64,000 nt of DNA from Lama glama (lineage: Eukaryota). The position numbers were made by a program, and so were the translations under genes. The notes beneath the pieces are model-generated. The model saw nothing but the letters and a program-made list of their open reading frames with translations. It made no database searches and had not been told where the DNA came from. Location: assembly GCA_028534125.1 (NCBI GenBank), contig CM052831.1, positions 25,048,001 to 25,112,000 on the forward strand. Direction: 5' to 3'. This document shows positions 23,671 to 36,380 of this stretch, in pieces. Every line of letters starts with the position of its first letter. Within the stretch, counting starts at the first letter, position 1.

Positions 23671-24314
23671 CTTGTTTGTGTGATTGGAAAACAGCTTCTG
23701 GATGTTCATTCTTCAAGTTCCCAAAACTGGATCTTGGGAGATGGGTGGTCTACTGCCAGAAAGGCAATCTCCGGAGTCCTCTGGCCTCCCTAGTAATGAA
23801 CAGCTGGGTAGGAAGTCTTCGGTTCCTTGGCTTCTTTGCTAACCCATTACTCTCCCCCCTTCCTCCCATCCCCCTACCTCATGGCCAATAGGGAGAAGAG
23901 GCAGTGGTCCTGAGCAAAGAGAAGTCTCCAGGAATTACACTAATGTATGCAGTAGCATCTCATTAGCATCCTTTGCCTGCAGAAAGCACATAAATAATTC
24001 ATTGGTTCTGCTCTAGAATGTCTGATAGAGTGGTCCAAACTCCCTTGCAGAAAGGGGAAGCCTCAGGAGCTGGGGGAAGGCTGAGAAGGAACACCAGCTC
24101 TCAGGCTGGAAAGTCTTCATTCATGGGCCCACAGTGCTGCTCTGATGGAAGTGAGCAAAGCCATGCATCACTTTCCTTTTTACCCAAGAAGGAGATCCCT
24201 ATTCTATACACAAGACCCTCTAAAAGAGCGGAAACTGACCAGTGTGACCCACTTTCAAAATGGAATAGAGATTCACTGTCAGGAAGCCTTAAAAGACTGA
24301 CTGGTGCTTTCTAC

Positions 24315-24621
24315 TTTCTGTCTCTTGGAACACTTGCTCTGAACCCTGAGCAGAATGAAATCCAATTACCCTGAGACCATCCTGCTGGAGAGGCCATGCT
24401 AGATATTCTGGTCAACACTCTGAGCCCAGCCTTCCAACCACCCCCAACAAGGCTCCAGACACGTGAGTGAAGCCATCCTGGACCCTCCAGTCCACCAGCT
24501 GAGTAGCACTGAGTAATCTCAATGGACACCATGACGGGTTGATCTGCCCAGATTCCTGACCCACAAAATCATGTATTAAAATTGTTGTTGCTTTAAGCCA
24601 TGGCAGTGGATAACAGGAACA
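24315..24621 (+). mobile_element. MLT1H/I-like MaLR LTR 3' part
   Basis: 'gtgagtgaagccatcctggaccctccag...ttcctgacccacaaaatcatg...ttgttgttgctttaagcca...gataacaggaaca'. Confidence 0.75.
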
Positions 24622-24926
24622 AACAGTATTTAACATCTTCTAGTTCAGTAGTTTATAACTCTTGGTTTTATGTTTAATAGCAGAAATCTCTTTTCCAATA
24701 AAATCTCACGTGGAACCCTAATATGTAAAGAGATCCAACGACCTACTTTGCTCCAGGATGGAGGATATGAACTCCCTCAACCTCTGTCTCCCTGCCCCAT
24801 GGCTAAGGCACCTCCAAAAAAGTGGATGGTCCTCAGAACACAATTTAAGACTGCAAATCCAGTCCTACTCCTTGTTTTACAAACACTATACTCAAAAGTC
24901 CAAGGGCTAAATAGCTTGCTTTATGT

Positions 24927-25111
24927 AAGCGGTTCTCAAAGTGTGGTCCCTGAACCAGGAGCCTCAATACCATCTGGAAACTTGTCAAAAATGCAATTCT
25001 CAAGCTGTACCCCAGAACTACCAAATCAGAAACTCTGGGGTGGGGCCCAGCCATCTCTCATAACAAGCCCCACAGAGGGTTCTAACGCACGCCAGAGTGT
25101 GGGAACCACTG
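24927..25111. mobile_element. MER5A hAT-Charlie element
   Basis: Inverted ends 'agcggttctcaaagtgtggtcc' and 'gtgtgggaaccactg'. Confidence 0.85.
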
Positions 25112-25114
25112 CTC

Positions 25115-25265
25115 TGTGCCACAGAGTGAGGTAATGACTTTGACTTGATCTGACCTGGGTTTGAATCCTGGACACTTCTTAGCTTTGTGACTGTAGGCAA
25201 GATATTTAATGTCTCACAGCCTCCGTTTCCCTCTCTGAAAAGAGAAGAGAGGAGTAACTACTGTT
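25115..25265 (+). mobile_element. MIR SINE
   Basis: 'cctgggtttgaatcctggacacttcttagctttgtgactgtaggcaag...gcctccgtttccctctctgaaa'. Confidence 0.8.
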
Positions 25266-25954
25266 GACTCCCTCTTCCATTCTCACATCCTCCTCTGATG
25301 GTCCCAACCCTTCTGGGAAACAGAAAAGGAGAGAGGGCTCTAAGCCCCAGACTGATGTGGTGACTCTGAGCCCTGTTGAAAGAGTGAGTGGCTGTCATTT
25401 CCTGAATTGGGTTCTGGAGTTTCCTTCTAAGCAAACTTGATTAATTCAAGAAGAGCAGGGAAGGCAAGGAGGATATGCAACCACTGAGATTTTATTTACA
25501 TTGAATGACCACCAAAATTTCTGAGAGGAGCCTCAGGTGTCTCTAGCATGTGCGCTCAAGTGCACCCCTGTACAGAAGACCCTGTCTTTCCCTCCAGTCC
25601 TCAAGCTTCTGTCTGCAGCACCAGCCCAAGAGCTGTCTGCCCCTGCTGGGCTCCTCCCCAGACCTCCCCCTCAAGATGAAGCAAGCCAGACCACAGCTGG
25701 TTCCGTCCCTAATGACTGTTTTCTTCATGTGCCTGTTTTTCCTTCTTTCTCCCAATAATGCCAATACCAGAGAGGAGGTTGTCAGGGCAACCCAGAGTGG
25801 AGGTGAGAAGTTCATCCTTGACCAAGACCTTCAGTCTGTTTGGTTAAACACCCACTGAGTTCTTGGCTGCCCTCTATTTCTTGGAAGCAAGAATGTAAAA
25901 GTTCTACATTTTCTGTTTTTTTCCTCTTTTCTCTTCTTCTAATCATCTTAATTA

Positions 25955-25958
<4 letters not shown>

Positions 25959-25998
<40 letters not shown>
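25959..25998 (+). repeat. (CT)20 microsatellite
   Basis: Direct read. Confidence 0.95.
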
Positions 25999-26003
<5 letters not shown>

Positions 26004-26589
26004 TAAGTCAGCCTGACCTGTGTACATTCTCCTGAATTTACTAGCTTTAACTCCCTCTGTTTCTACTAACCTTGATACTCTTTTCTCCCTGACTCAATAT
26101 ATTGAGACCCTCCAGTACCCTGTTGGATCAGTACTGCCCACACCATCCATCTTCATATACTGGTGGGGGAGGGATTAGATGCGGTCCAGCACCCAGAGGG
26201 CTGGGGGCATGTGGCAGATACACGGATGCTGGGCTGGTGATATTACTGTTTTATTAATCCCTGTCACCTTGGCTGTCATTCTCTCCATTACAAAACCAGG
26301 ATGTTAGTACTTAGGGCTGCCACAATTGTGTTATGATACCATTTAAAATTAAAGAATAGAGAGAAATACACCAGAAACAGTGATTAGGTCTAAGAGATGA
26401 GAGAAAAATTTTTACATTTTTCTATATCTCCTGATTTTTCAATAATGAGCATACATTACTTAAAAAAATTTTTTTAAATAATTATAGATTTATAAGAAAT
26501 TGCAAAAATAGTACAGAGAGGTCTCATGTACCCTCTACCCAGGTATATATCACTTTTATAATAGAAAATGAAAACAAAAAAATACTCCT

Positions 26590-27310
26590 AAGCACACAGG
26601 AGCCAATTTGAGAGTTCCCAATGGCTAAATCTGAGAAAATCTGAGCAACAAATAACCGTAGGAATGGATTATAACCCATAGGAAAAGAATCCACGAGTCC
26701 ATACTGATATAAATACTTGAATAAGTAGATAAGAAAGAGATGGGGCAGTTTCTTCTTTACAGTAGAATTCCAGTTAATAGATATAGAAGAAATGATAGAA
26801 ACAGGAAATCAACAATAGACAAATAACACTGTTAATAATTGTTGTCCAAAAGCATTATCAATGGCTGCTAAATCAATGGGCAAAAGAATGAGAAAGAGTA
26901 TATTTGCATAGTCTCAAAGTGTCTCCCCACAAGATAATTATTAATTACAAAAGGAAAAACAGAAACCGAGCAGACACCCAGCACCTTAACCAAGTGATCA
27001 AAGTCACCATCACCAGTAAGAAGACATGTTGGTATCATGGATCCCGGATATGATACACAACATCACTTCTGGTGTTCTTATCCAAAATGCATTACCTCAA
27101 TCTAATCACGAGAAAACCTCAAAGAAACTCAAGTTGAATGATATTCTACAAAATGTCTGCTCAGTACTCTTCAAAAGTGGCAAGGTCATAAAGGACAAGA
27201 CAAGACTGAGAAACGGTCCCAGGTTAAAGGAGCCTAAGGAGATGTGACAGTTAAATGCAATGTGGGATCCTATGTGGAATCTAAACTATAAAAGGAGACT
27301 ACTGCAAAAA
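26590..27310 (+). mobile_element. L1MC4-like 3'UTR
   Basis: 'gagttcccaatggctaaa', 'aatccacgagtccatactgatataaata', 'caccttaaccaagtgatcaaagtcaccatcaccagtaa', 'aaatgcaatgtgggatcc'. Confidence 0.8.
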
Positions 27311-27654
27311 CTAATGAGCATATCAATTAGGATTCTTGGTTGTAAGCAACATAAACCAACTCTGGTGAAATACAATTTATTGGAAAACCATCAGGGCAGG
27401 GAAGAAGAGGCCAGGCTTGAACCTAGACAGACTGGCTCTGTAAGTCCAGCTTCTAACAACTGCATTTTGTTTCCTTTTGACAAATAAATAAGCCTTTACT
27501 GAGACTTTCTGTGTTGCAGGCACTGGAGACACAAAATTGAACAAAGAATTGGTCCCTGATCTCAGTTATTCACAGCCATGTTGGTATCACCAGTCCTGAG
27601 CACAGTGCCAGAATCCCAGCAGGTGCTTAATGGCAATTGAATGAATCAATGAAC

Positions 27655-28153
27655 CAAGATGGCCTTCAATGATCCTCACTTCCAGATATTGACTCTTTAG
27701 GAAGTCCCCTCCTATACTTAGTAGCGTTGTCCTGTGGGACCAGTTTAATATGGTAGAAGTGATGGTGTGTGATTTCTGAAGCTAGCTCAAGAAAGGCATT
27801 GTGGCTTCAACCTCCTTTTCTAGGATCACTTGCTCTGGGGCAGCTGGCTGCCATGTCACAGACACTTAAGCAGTCCAGGTTCACATGGATAGAAACTAAA
27901 ACCTCCTCCTAAAAGCCATGTGAGGGAACTATTTTGGAAGCAGATCCTTGAGTCCTCATCAGGCTTTCAGATGACCGCAGCTCTGGCTGGCATCTTGATT
28001 TCCCCATCATGAGAGACCCTGAGCCAAAACCACCTAGCTAAGCTGCTTGCTCTTAAATTCTTAACCCACGAAAGCTATGTGATAATATTTATTGTTGTTC
28101 AAGGCATCTAAGTGTTCGGGCAGTTTGTTACCCAGCAATGAATAACAAATATA
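27655..28153 (+). mobile_element. MLT1F/G-like MaLR LTR inside L2 sequence
   Basis: 'aagatggccttcaatgatcctcac...gaagtgatggtgtgtgatttctga...catgagagaccctgagccaaaaccacctagctaagc...gttacccagcaatgaataac'. L2 3' ends on both sides. Confidence 0.8.
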
Positions 28154-28859
28154 GTCAGTGAATGAATGAATGTCAGACGTATCCTTTCCCTCCTGTGTCT
28201 TGTGCTTATTTATCATTATAGCATTGCCATGACGACATTTGATTGTTTACATGCCTGCAGCACCTGGATGCCCTGAGGACATTGATGGTCCTTTATCTCT
28301 GAGTCCCCAGTGCCTGATGCTCAATAAATACTTGTTGAATGGATGAGTGCAAAGGGACAGAGTCCTAAACCTCTTTATCCAGAGTTCTCCAGTAGTCCTA
28401 AAAGTATTGCTACTGGGAAGGAAGAATAGATTTTTACTGAGAACACTGAAGTCAGTAAGGTTTTTTTTCCCCTGACTTCTCATCATCAATGTTTTCCAAA
28501 TATTGTATTCCAAATAGTTCCAAATTTGACATGTAAGTGTTTAGTATGGAGATCAGTACTCTCCCACCACCACGTGAGTTGAGGAATGGCACCTCCCTCC
28601 AAGCCACAAAGGTATAAAATGACCCTTCACAGGTCCCCTCAGTGGGCTGGTTTGTCACTGTTTTGTAAATAACACAATGTATAGAAATTAGTTATATTTA
28701 AAGTTAAAAATTTCCCATTTGCTTGGAAAATTAACAAGCAGTCATTGAAAATTAGGAGAATTATTGATTGATATGGAAAATATATAAAGTTCAGTGGGAA
28801 AAGCAAGGATAATATCATATATGCATCACAAAGACTGTATTGAGCAACTCTTCAGATGT

Positions 28860-29341
28860 GCTTGGCCCTGTCTGTCTCTTAGTCCAGCCCATGCTGGAGG
28901 GACCAGTTCTGGGGGGGCTCCAGCCAGCTTTTCACAAGTGCAACCTGACATTATGTGTCCTCTGCTTATGCCTCTCACCCTGGGGCTTCTTGTCAATGCT
29001 GTTGCCTGGGACCTCAGGGAAACCCACTTGGCACCTATGAAAGGCAGCTCACAAATGGCGGGATTTACCTCATGGGGAAAGTTTTTTGCCAACAGGCTGG
29101 AGCCAATGGAAAATGCTTCTTCCTTTCTCCCCCAACCCATGGAAGGTCTTCCTGTGGCTCCTCATATGATTTTGGATCCAGCGCCCCAGGTGCACTCAGC
29201 TGTGGCCAATTTAATAACACATTCTTGCCTGCTTCATGCCCCATTCCTCCTTCCTGCTCCCTGGAATCACGTTCCTCAGTAAAATACTTGCACAGAAATC
29301 TTTGCTCCAGATTCTGCTTTCTGGGGAACCAGGACAAGACA
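28860..29341 (+). mobile_element. LTR16-like ERVL solo LTR
   Basis: 'caagtgcaacctgac', and 3' end 'cctgctccctggaatcacgttcctcagtaaaatacttgcacag...ctgctttctggggaaccaggacaagaca'. Confidence 0.7.
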
Positions 29342-29536
29342 AGAATCACAACGTTTAAAGAAAATGTATTTATAGGGACAGAGACTGCAAGGAAAAGCAC
29401 CAATATGATGATAGTGGTTGTGTTAGTTGGGGGTGGGGTGAGGATTATGAGTGATTTTTTTCTTTATTTAAAACTTTTTCTTAAATGAAGCTTTACTTTT
29501 ACAATTAAGAAACATACATTTAAAAAATCATTTCCA

Positions 29537-30443
29537 GAGCAGAAGACCTAAACAGACATTCCTCCAATGAAGACATACAGATGGCCAATAGGTACATGNN
29601 NNNNNNNNNNNNNNNNNNNNNNNNNNNNNNNNNNNNNNNNNNNNNNNNNNNNNNNNNNNNNNNNNNNNNNNNNNNNNNNNNNNNNNNNNNNNNNNNNNNN
29701 NNNNNNNNNNNNNNNNNNNNNNNNNNNNNNNNNNNNNNNNNNNNNGGGAATGTAATTTGGTGCACCCACTATGGATTCTTCAACAAACTAAAACTAGGTA
29801 TACCATATGATCCAGCAATCCCAGGGAAAACTGCAATTCAAAAAGACATATGCAGCCCAGTGTTCATAACAGCACTATTGACAATAGCCAAGACATGGAA
29901 GCAAACTAAATGTCCATTAACGGATGATTGGATAAAGAAGTTGTGGGGTAAATATATGATGGAATACTACTCAGCCATAAAAAGAATGAAATAATGCCAT
30001 TTGCAGCAACATGGATGGACCTAGAGATTATCATAGTAAGTGAAGTAAGTCAGACAGAGAAAGACAAATATCATATGATATCACATATGTGGAATCTAAA
30101 AAAATGACACAATTTATTTACAAAACAGAAACAGACTCTCAGTCATAGAAAACAAACTTACGGTTACCAAAGGGAAAAGGGTTGGGGAGGGATAAATTAA
30201 GTTTGGGATTTGCAGATACTATACTACTACAGATAAAATACATAAATAATAAGGTTCTACTGTATAGCACAGGAAACTATACTCCATATTTTGTAATATC
30301 CCAGACTGAAAAAGAATATATATATAAATATATAACTGAATCACTATACTGTACATTGAAAACTAATGCAACATTGTAAATCAACTATACTTCAATTTTT
30401 TAAAATCAGAAAAAACAAAAAATTTAAAAATAAAAATAAAATT
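29537..30443 (+). mobile_element. 5'-truncated artiodactyl/camelid L1 (ORF2 C-terminus, 3'UTR, A-tail)
   Basis: ORF fragment IPYDPAIP...KDICSPVFITALLTIAKTWKQTKCPLTDDWIKKLW...MEYYSAIK matches the L1 ORF2p C-terminus. Perfect 14-bp TSD aaaaatcatttcca (29523-29536 and 30444-30457) at a TT/AAAA site. Confidence 0.95.
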
Positions 30444-31519
30444 AAAAATCATTTCCATTTTTAAAGTTGTTGTCAGAAATGGTACTGAACCAGACAGAAA
30501 AACTGACAGGATGTCATTTGGAGACCTCTGCTCATATGTTAATTACCTTTCTTAAGGGGCAGGGGCAGGGGAGAGATACTGCCAGGCTCACTGCTCTGTG
30601 GGGGACACAAGGAGTGGAGGTAACTGGTCAGAGCATTGCTAAGGAGAATCTGTCCTCTCTACCCTGCTGGTTTCGGAGTTTGACGTGGAGTGTTTTTCAG
30701 CATTTTGACCAGCTATAATTTTGGCATTTTCTTTTACTTAAAAACCTTCTATTAATATTGATATATTTAAACGTCCCAGGGACTTTTGAAGCTCTTCTTT
30801 GGGAAAAGCTCTTCAGCTCTTATGGGATCTCCTCATCCCACCTAGTCAGTGGCCAAGGTTAGGGCTGGGGTCCCAGGGAAAATGACATAAGAGATAGCGG
30901 TTTTGGTGGGAGACAACCTAGGGGTTCCTATGGGTCAGAACAATCATGACAGCATCTTTGGGGCAGGAGAAAAGCATTGGAGCCTGGAGGAAACCAGGGT
31001 TAACAGAAGGAAGGTCAGGAGCAGGGTGGGGTGGGCCAAGCAGGGATGTCCCCTTTGGGCTGGTCTGGAGTCTTAGCCCTCCTTTTGAGACTGGTCCTGG
31101 TAGGTGACACACTTGAGGTTGTCAGCTCCAGTCCAAGAAGGCAAGCAGATATCTGGAAATTTCAAGCTCCAAATCCCTACACTGTGTGCATTTCCTAACA
31201 ATGTTTCCAGAGGCACCCCGATGTGTTGGTTTTGCTTTCCATGCATTGATGTGGGAATTACCAAACAGAGAATCCCTGGTATTCCAGGAAGCCGGATAAC
31301 AGGGCTTAGGATAGCATGTCGGGTACTCTCTGGGCTTCCCTTCACTAAAGTGGGGGGAGGGTCAGTGAGACCCCAAAGATGGTAAAAAGTCAGTTTCAGA
31401 ACAGAGTCCCCCAGGGCCTAGCTTGTTCCTGCAGCAACCCCACCCCCTGCCCCCCGCCTGACACACACACATACATACACACAGTGATGCTGAGATTGCT
31501 CTGTTTGGATCTGGGCCTT

Positions 31520-31712
31520 AGAGTCTTCAAATGCGCTTTCACAGCACCCTGGAGGTGCCTGGGGTAGTGATCCACATTATCGCTCCCATTTTACAGAGGA
31601 AGAAACTGAGGCCAGAAGAAGTCAAGGGGTTAGAAACACAATAATCTGTGTCAGGCTCAAACCTGCCAAGCCCTCTGGCCCCCATGTGTAGTGGTCTTCC
31701 CACTATACCCTT
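31520..31712 (-). mobile_element. MIR SINE
   Basis: 'cccattttacagaggaagaaactgaggccagaagaagtcaag'. Confidence 0.8.
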
Positions 31713-31715
31713 AGT

Positions 31716-31780
31716 CCAGCAATTCTCAAACTTTTCCATCTCAGAACAACTTTACACTCTTAAAAATTACTGAAGCTTTT
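31716..31780. mobile_element. Charlie1-like hAT terminal fragment
   Basis: 'cagcaattctcaaacttttccatctcagaacaactttacactcttaaaaattactga'. Confidence 0.6.
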
Positions 31781-32463
31781 GTAAGCTCCTTGAGGGCAGG
31801 GGCAGGGTTCAGCTCTTCTTCAATTCCCTGTGCCCACCCCCTCCCCACGGAACTCACGCACAGTAAGTGTCAGTTCTTATGACAGGTGAGAGAGACGATG
31901 AAAGAAAATGGAAGGAAAGACAATCCCAAGTCCAACATAACTGTGGTGTTACCCACCCCTCCATCTCAGCAGCTCATCCCTGGATGCCCCTGCCGGTCAT
32001 AAACACTGCCCCTTCAGGAATGTTCCACAGTGACCGACAGTTAGAGCCTACAGGCCAAGAGGAGCTGCAGACAGTCAAATTGTCATCAGAGAAGAGGCAG
32101 CATTTATTGAATATGTACTGTGTGCCAGGCACAGTCCTATCACTTGACATGAGTGGTGTTTAACCCGATGTGTCAGCTGGTATTATCTTTACAGATGAGG
32201 AAACTAAGGTGCAGGGGAGTTAAATCACCTGCCCATGGTTACAACACAAGTACATGGAGGAACCACAGTCTGCTCCAGACTCAGCTGGCTTAACCACTCC
32301 TGAATGCTGCCTCTCAGAGTGGGAAAAAATAATCTGGAAGGGGCTGCCACAAGATAGGGGCACTTCAAGGGAGACGACGAGGCCTCAGTGAGGGAAACAT
32401 GGCCAGGGAAGCCGACCCCGGGCCACACACACGCCTGCAATCACTTACAAATACACCCAAGTT

Positions 32464-32667
32464 CAGTGGGGTGCAGGGAAATGTTTAACGACCAGCTCTC
32501 TGGAGTGGGAGGGACTGATTTGTAAGCATTTGATCATTTCCATTGTGTAAACATTCTCCCACTATGGCTAACTTCAAGAGACCAATGATTTAACACCAGT
32601 TTATAAAATTCCTGAATATTGAATTGGCTCTTGTGAGCCTGTAGGATGCGACTCCAGCATACCACTG
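32464..32667 (+). mobile_element. MER63-like hAT element
   Basis: Inverted ends cagtggggtgcaggg and tccagcataccactg. Interior similar to the copy at 5093. Confidence 0.75.
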
Positions 32668-32867
32668 TACAAGCCCACCCAGCAGCACTGATTTGGCCCC
32701 ATAGGTACCCAGCCACATGCTGGACACTACCTGAACGACTACCACAAGATGGGCTGTTAATGACATTATACAGACAGTGACATTGCAGCTTGCAACACAT
32801 AAATAATTTTCTCAGGGCCACGAAGCTGGAAAGAAATTGAGCAGGGACTCAGATTCAAGCTTCTAGA

Positions 32868-33185
32868 CCTGCTCTGTCCAGGACAGTAGCCACAAGCCAC
32901 AGGTGACTATTGAACACTTGATGGGAGGGCTGGTCCAAACTGAGATCTTACTGTAAATGTAAAACACATACCAGGTTGTGAAGACTTCATAAGAGAAAAA
33001 AAAAAAAGAATGTAAATTACCTCATTTATATATTTTTATATTGACTGTAGGTTGAAATGATCATTTTGGATATGTCGGGTTAAATAAAATCTACTTTTGA
33101 AATTGATTTTCTTTTTTTCTCATGTAGCCACTAGAAAATTTAAAGTTACATATCTTGCTCACGTTATATTTCTATGAGCATGACT
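32868..33185. mobile_element. MER33 hAT-Charlie element
   Basis: 'gctctgtccaggacagtagccacaagccacaggtgactattgaacacttga...ctagaaaatttaaagttacatat...ttatatttctat'. Confidence 0.8.
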
Positions 33186-33484
33186 TGACTCCCGCAGCAC
33201 CAGTCTCTTTGAGGGGTTCTTTGGAGAGAAGGATGTTTGCCTTGGTGCTGAAAGATTACAGCCTGTGAATCTGAGCTGTAGGGCGGACCCCTGAGAAACG
33301 ACAGTCCGAGCTACGGTGTCCAAGATGAAAGTGGCTCCAATTGGGACCCAGCTTTTCCCAAGCTATCTTCCTGAATTTTAAGGCTTGAATTTTTCCTAAC
33401 AGCAGTTGCCTATGACCAAGAGGGTGCCATGTCAGAGGCTCATTGCTGCCTGCTTCTCAGTGAATTTGCATACCCTTGTGTATG

Positions 33485-34050
33485 TGTGAGGAGAGCAGGA
33501 AAATCAACATATTTTCTCTCAGGCTTCTTTCCACCTGGTCTGCTAGACACGATGAAACTCTGTTTCACCAACCTGCCGCTATCTCAGGACAAGCAAAGCC
33601 AATCGCAAGGAACAACTTCGGCCTTCTGCAAAACCCACCAATCTGCATCTACCCTTCAGCACACCTTATCTGCATAACAACCTCCACTTCCCCGGACCTG
33701 AGTGAGAAGTATTGGCGGGACCGTTCATCCCCGCCCCTCTTTCAGACACGCCCCTTTCAGGCTCAGTATACCCACCAATCAAAATTTACTTCTTAGTACC
33801 ACTTATTTGCATAAGAACCCACCAATCAGCTCATATGCATAAGAACCTACCAGTGGGGATAAATAACCAAGCCTCTACACAGAAAAGCAGGCCGACTGGA
33901 GATCGTCTTGAAGGTTCCTGCCAAAGCCTGAATGCAGAGTGTGGGTTCCAGTCTAACTGGAGACTCTGCAGGTCTCTAAAAATAGGCTTGATTCTGCGGT
34001 TAAGCTATCTCTCTTTCCTTGTTTTCTCTTCGACTCTGATATGGTCCACA
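33485..34050 (+). mobile_element. Probable lineage-specific ERV solo LTR (family not recognised)
   Basis: Starts TGTGAG and spans ~560 bp with retained CpGs. U3-like array of CCAATC x4, GC boxes and octamers, then TATA-like GATAAATA at 33858, then a pyrimidine-rich U5-like end ('...gactctgata' or '...ccaca'). No clean TSD or canonical AATAAA found. Confidence 0.6.
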
Positions 34051-34181
34051 AGCACAGTTGTTCAGTACACTGCTGGTTGTGCTTTGGATTCATCACACTG
34101 GCTCAGTAACTTTTAAGGCTATTTAAAAGTTAGCAGTCATTGAGTATCTCTAAAGGGCTTTGTTTTTCCCTTCCCTTAAGC

Positions 34182-34208
34182 AAAAAAAAAAAAAAAAAAA
34201 AAAAAAAA
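34182..34208 (+). repeat. A27 homopolymer
   Basis: Direct read. Confidence 0.95.
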
Positions 34209-34629
34209 GCAGCTCTTCCGGCCCAGGTGACATTAATCTGACAATCACATGGAGGTAATTATCCAAATACAGCCTTCAGAATCCATAAACATACACTGCC
34301 ACAGCCTCTAAGGCGCCCGAGAAGGACGCTGCTGCTAGAGGTCTGGGCAGCCCCTGGTACCCCTCACAACCAGGGAGGGTTTATAGAAAGGCTCATCACG
34401 AAAAGCAGGTAGGCTCTGGAGATGAAGCCTTCCTGCTCATAACTGCTTAATTAGATGGAATATTGCCTGCTGGATTCAAATTAGATGAGCTTCCGTGTAG
34501 ACACAGCTGGCTACAAAGGCTCTGGAAGGACAGGGGCAGGGCAACATTGACGATTCCAGAACATGTGATAGGACAGGGTGAGGCCTGTGTTAGAAGGGAG
34601 TTATTAAAGTCTCTTGCCTCTCACTGCCA

Positions 34630-36380
34630 TTCAGTGTCTGCAATGCTGGGCTGCAAGTAGCAGAAAATACAGCTCAAACCGGCTTGTCATTTATTATATC
34701 ACATAACAAGAGGCAGAAGAGACTGTGCCTCAGGCAAGGTACTGTCATCAGCTCGATGTCTTGGGAGGCCCAGGTTCCTTCCCTGCTGCCTGTGTTTAGT
34801 GGCACCTTGTCATCACAAGGTGGCTATGGCCTCTCCACGTAGTACATCCCAGTTCGGAGGCGAGAGGGAACATCTCTCTCACTGGAGAGGAGGAAGCCTT
34901 TTCCCAGAGGCTCCTCCCAGAGACCTCCCCTCACATCTCATTGGAGGAACTTGGTCACATGCCCACTCCTGAGCCAATCATTGGCAAGGAACATGGGACT
35001 ACCTGGATTAGCTCTGAGTTTAACTGAGTCACCTCTGAGTCCTTGGAGGTGGGGGGGGACCACGGCCTCTGCAAAATTCTAAGGTTCTGTTAGTAAGGAA
35101 GAATGTCTTCTACAGATACCACTTACATTTAAATGGAACACAGGACAGGACTGGTCCTTCTGCATTCCCACTGACCTTCTTCCATTTGTCTCTTTCTCCT
35201 TTTTACCCTTTTAATCTCTCTGTTCTAGTTCTAATTGTAGAGCATATAAACCAAGTCAAACTGGCTAAAGACTTGAAAAAAATTGTTGGCTCAAGTAGCT
35301 GAAAAGTTGAAGGGAGATTTGACCCAGTTTGAGCCAGGGGTTTGAAGGTATCTTCAAGGAGAGCTGGATCTTTGCCTTCCTCTTCTTTGATAGCCCTGTG
35401 CTCGCATATTTCTCAGGCCAACTTTTGTCTCTATTTGTTAGCTGATATGGCCTTTGGCAACTCTAGGCTTCTACAGTCCTCTGAATCCAGGATCTAGAAG
35501 GATGGTGTTCCAGCTAATAGGAGCCACCTATGCAGTTAATAGTAGTTATTGCTGTATTAAAAAATCACTCTAAAGTTAGCCTTCCTGCTATGTGCTTACA
35601 TGGTCTTTCCTTAATGAGCACTGGTGACAGCTCTCTGGTGTCTCTTTTAAGGCCATTAATCCCATCATGAGGCCACCACTTTCATGACCTCATCCAATCC
35701 TAATTACCTCCCACAGGTGCTATCCCCAAAACCCATCACGTTCAGGATTAGGGCTTCAACATACGAATTTGAGGGTATAACATTCATTTCATAACAGCCA
35801 GTAAGACTCAAATGGCCAGGATCTGGTATCATCTAAGTGCTTTTTCACTCCATGTCTGGCACAAGGGGTGGGATGACTCAATGACTAAGGGCTTGTATTC
35901 CCTCTCTCCCATCCCCTGCCCTCTCCTCCTCTCTTCTCTCTGGTCTGGTGGCTCAAGGCCCTAAGAGCAAGTGTGTCAACAAACAAGACAGAAGCCACAT
36001 GATCTTTTAAGCTGGAGTCTTAAATGTCAAATGGTGTCACTTACATCATATTCTGTGGTCAAAGCAGTTATGACCCTGCCCTAATTCAAGGGCAAATCCA
36101 TGGGCTACAATTCTAAGGCAGGAGTTGCAAAGAATTTGTGGCCATGTCTTAAAACCACCACAAGGGATCCCCCTCTCTACCAGAGTCTTCAGGATCCCAG
36201 AAGAGGACACTGATTGGCCCTACTGGTGTCCTAGGACCACCTCTGGACCAATCACCATCAGCACATGGATGTGGTATCTGTCTTAAGTGGTCAGTCTTGG
36301 ATATAAGCTCCAACTTGTGCCAACTGATGGATTGTGTGACCTTGGAGGGAGAGGGCTGAGCTGAAGAGTGCATGTAGGCC
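34630..36380 (-). mobile_element. Cluster of adjacent or nested MaLR LTRs (MLT1J/K-like, MLT1A-like at ~35580-35797, MLT1G/H-like)
   Basis: Reverse MaLR hallmarks 'ggctgcaagtagcagaaaa', 'ggtcacatgcccactcctgagccaatca', 'catgacctcatccaatcctaattacctcccacagg...gggcttcaacatacgaattt', 'gtcacttacatcatattctgtggtcaaagcag'. Confidence 0.75.

Noticed and set aside
28794-29488. Overlapping 162-aa and 177-aa ORFs
   Set aside because: Chance open frames across an LTR16-like LTR.
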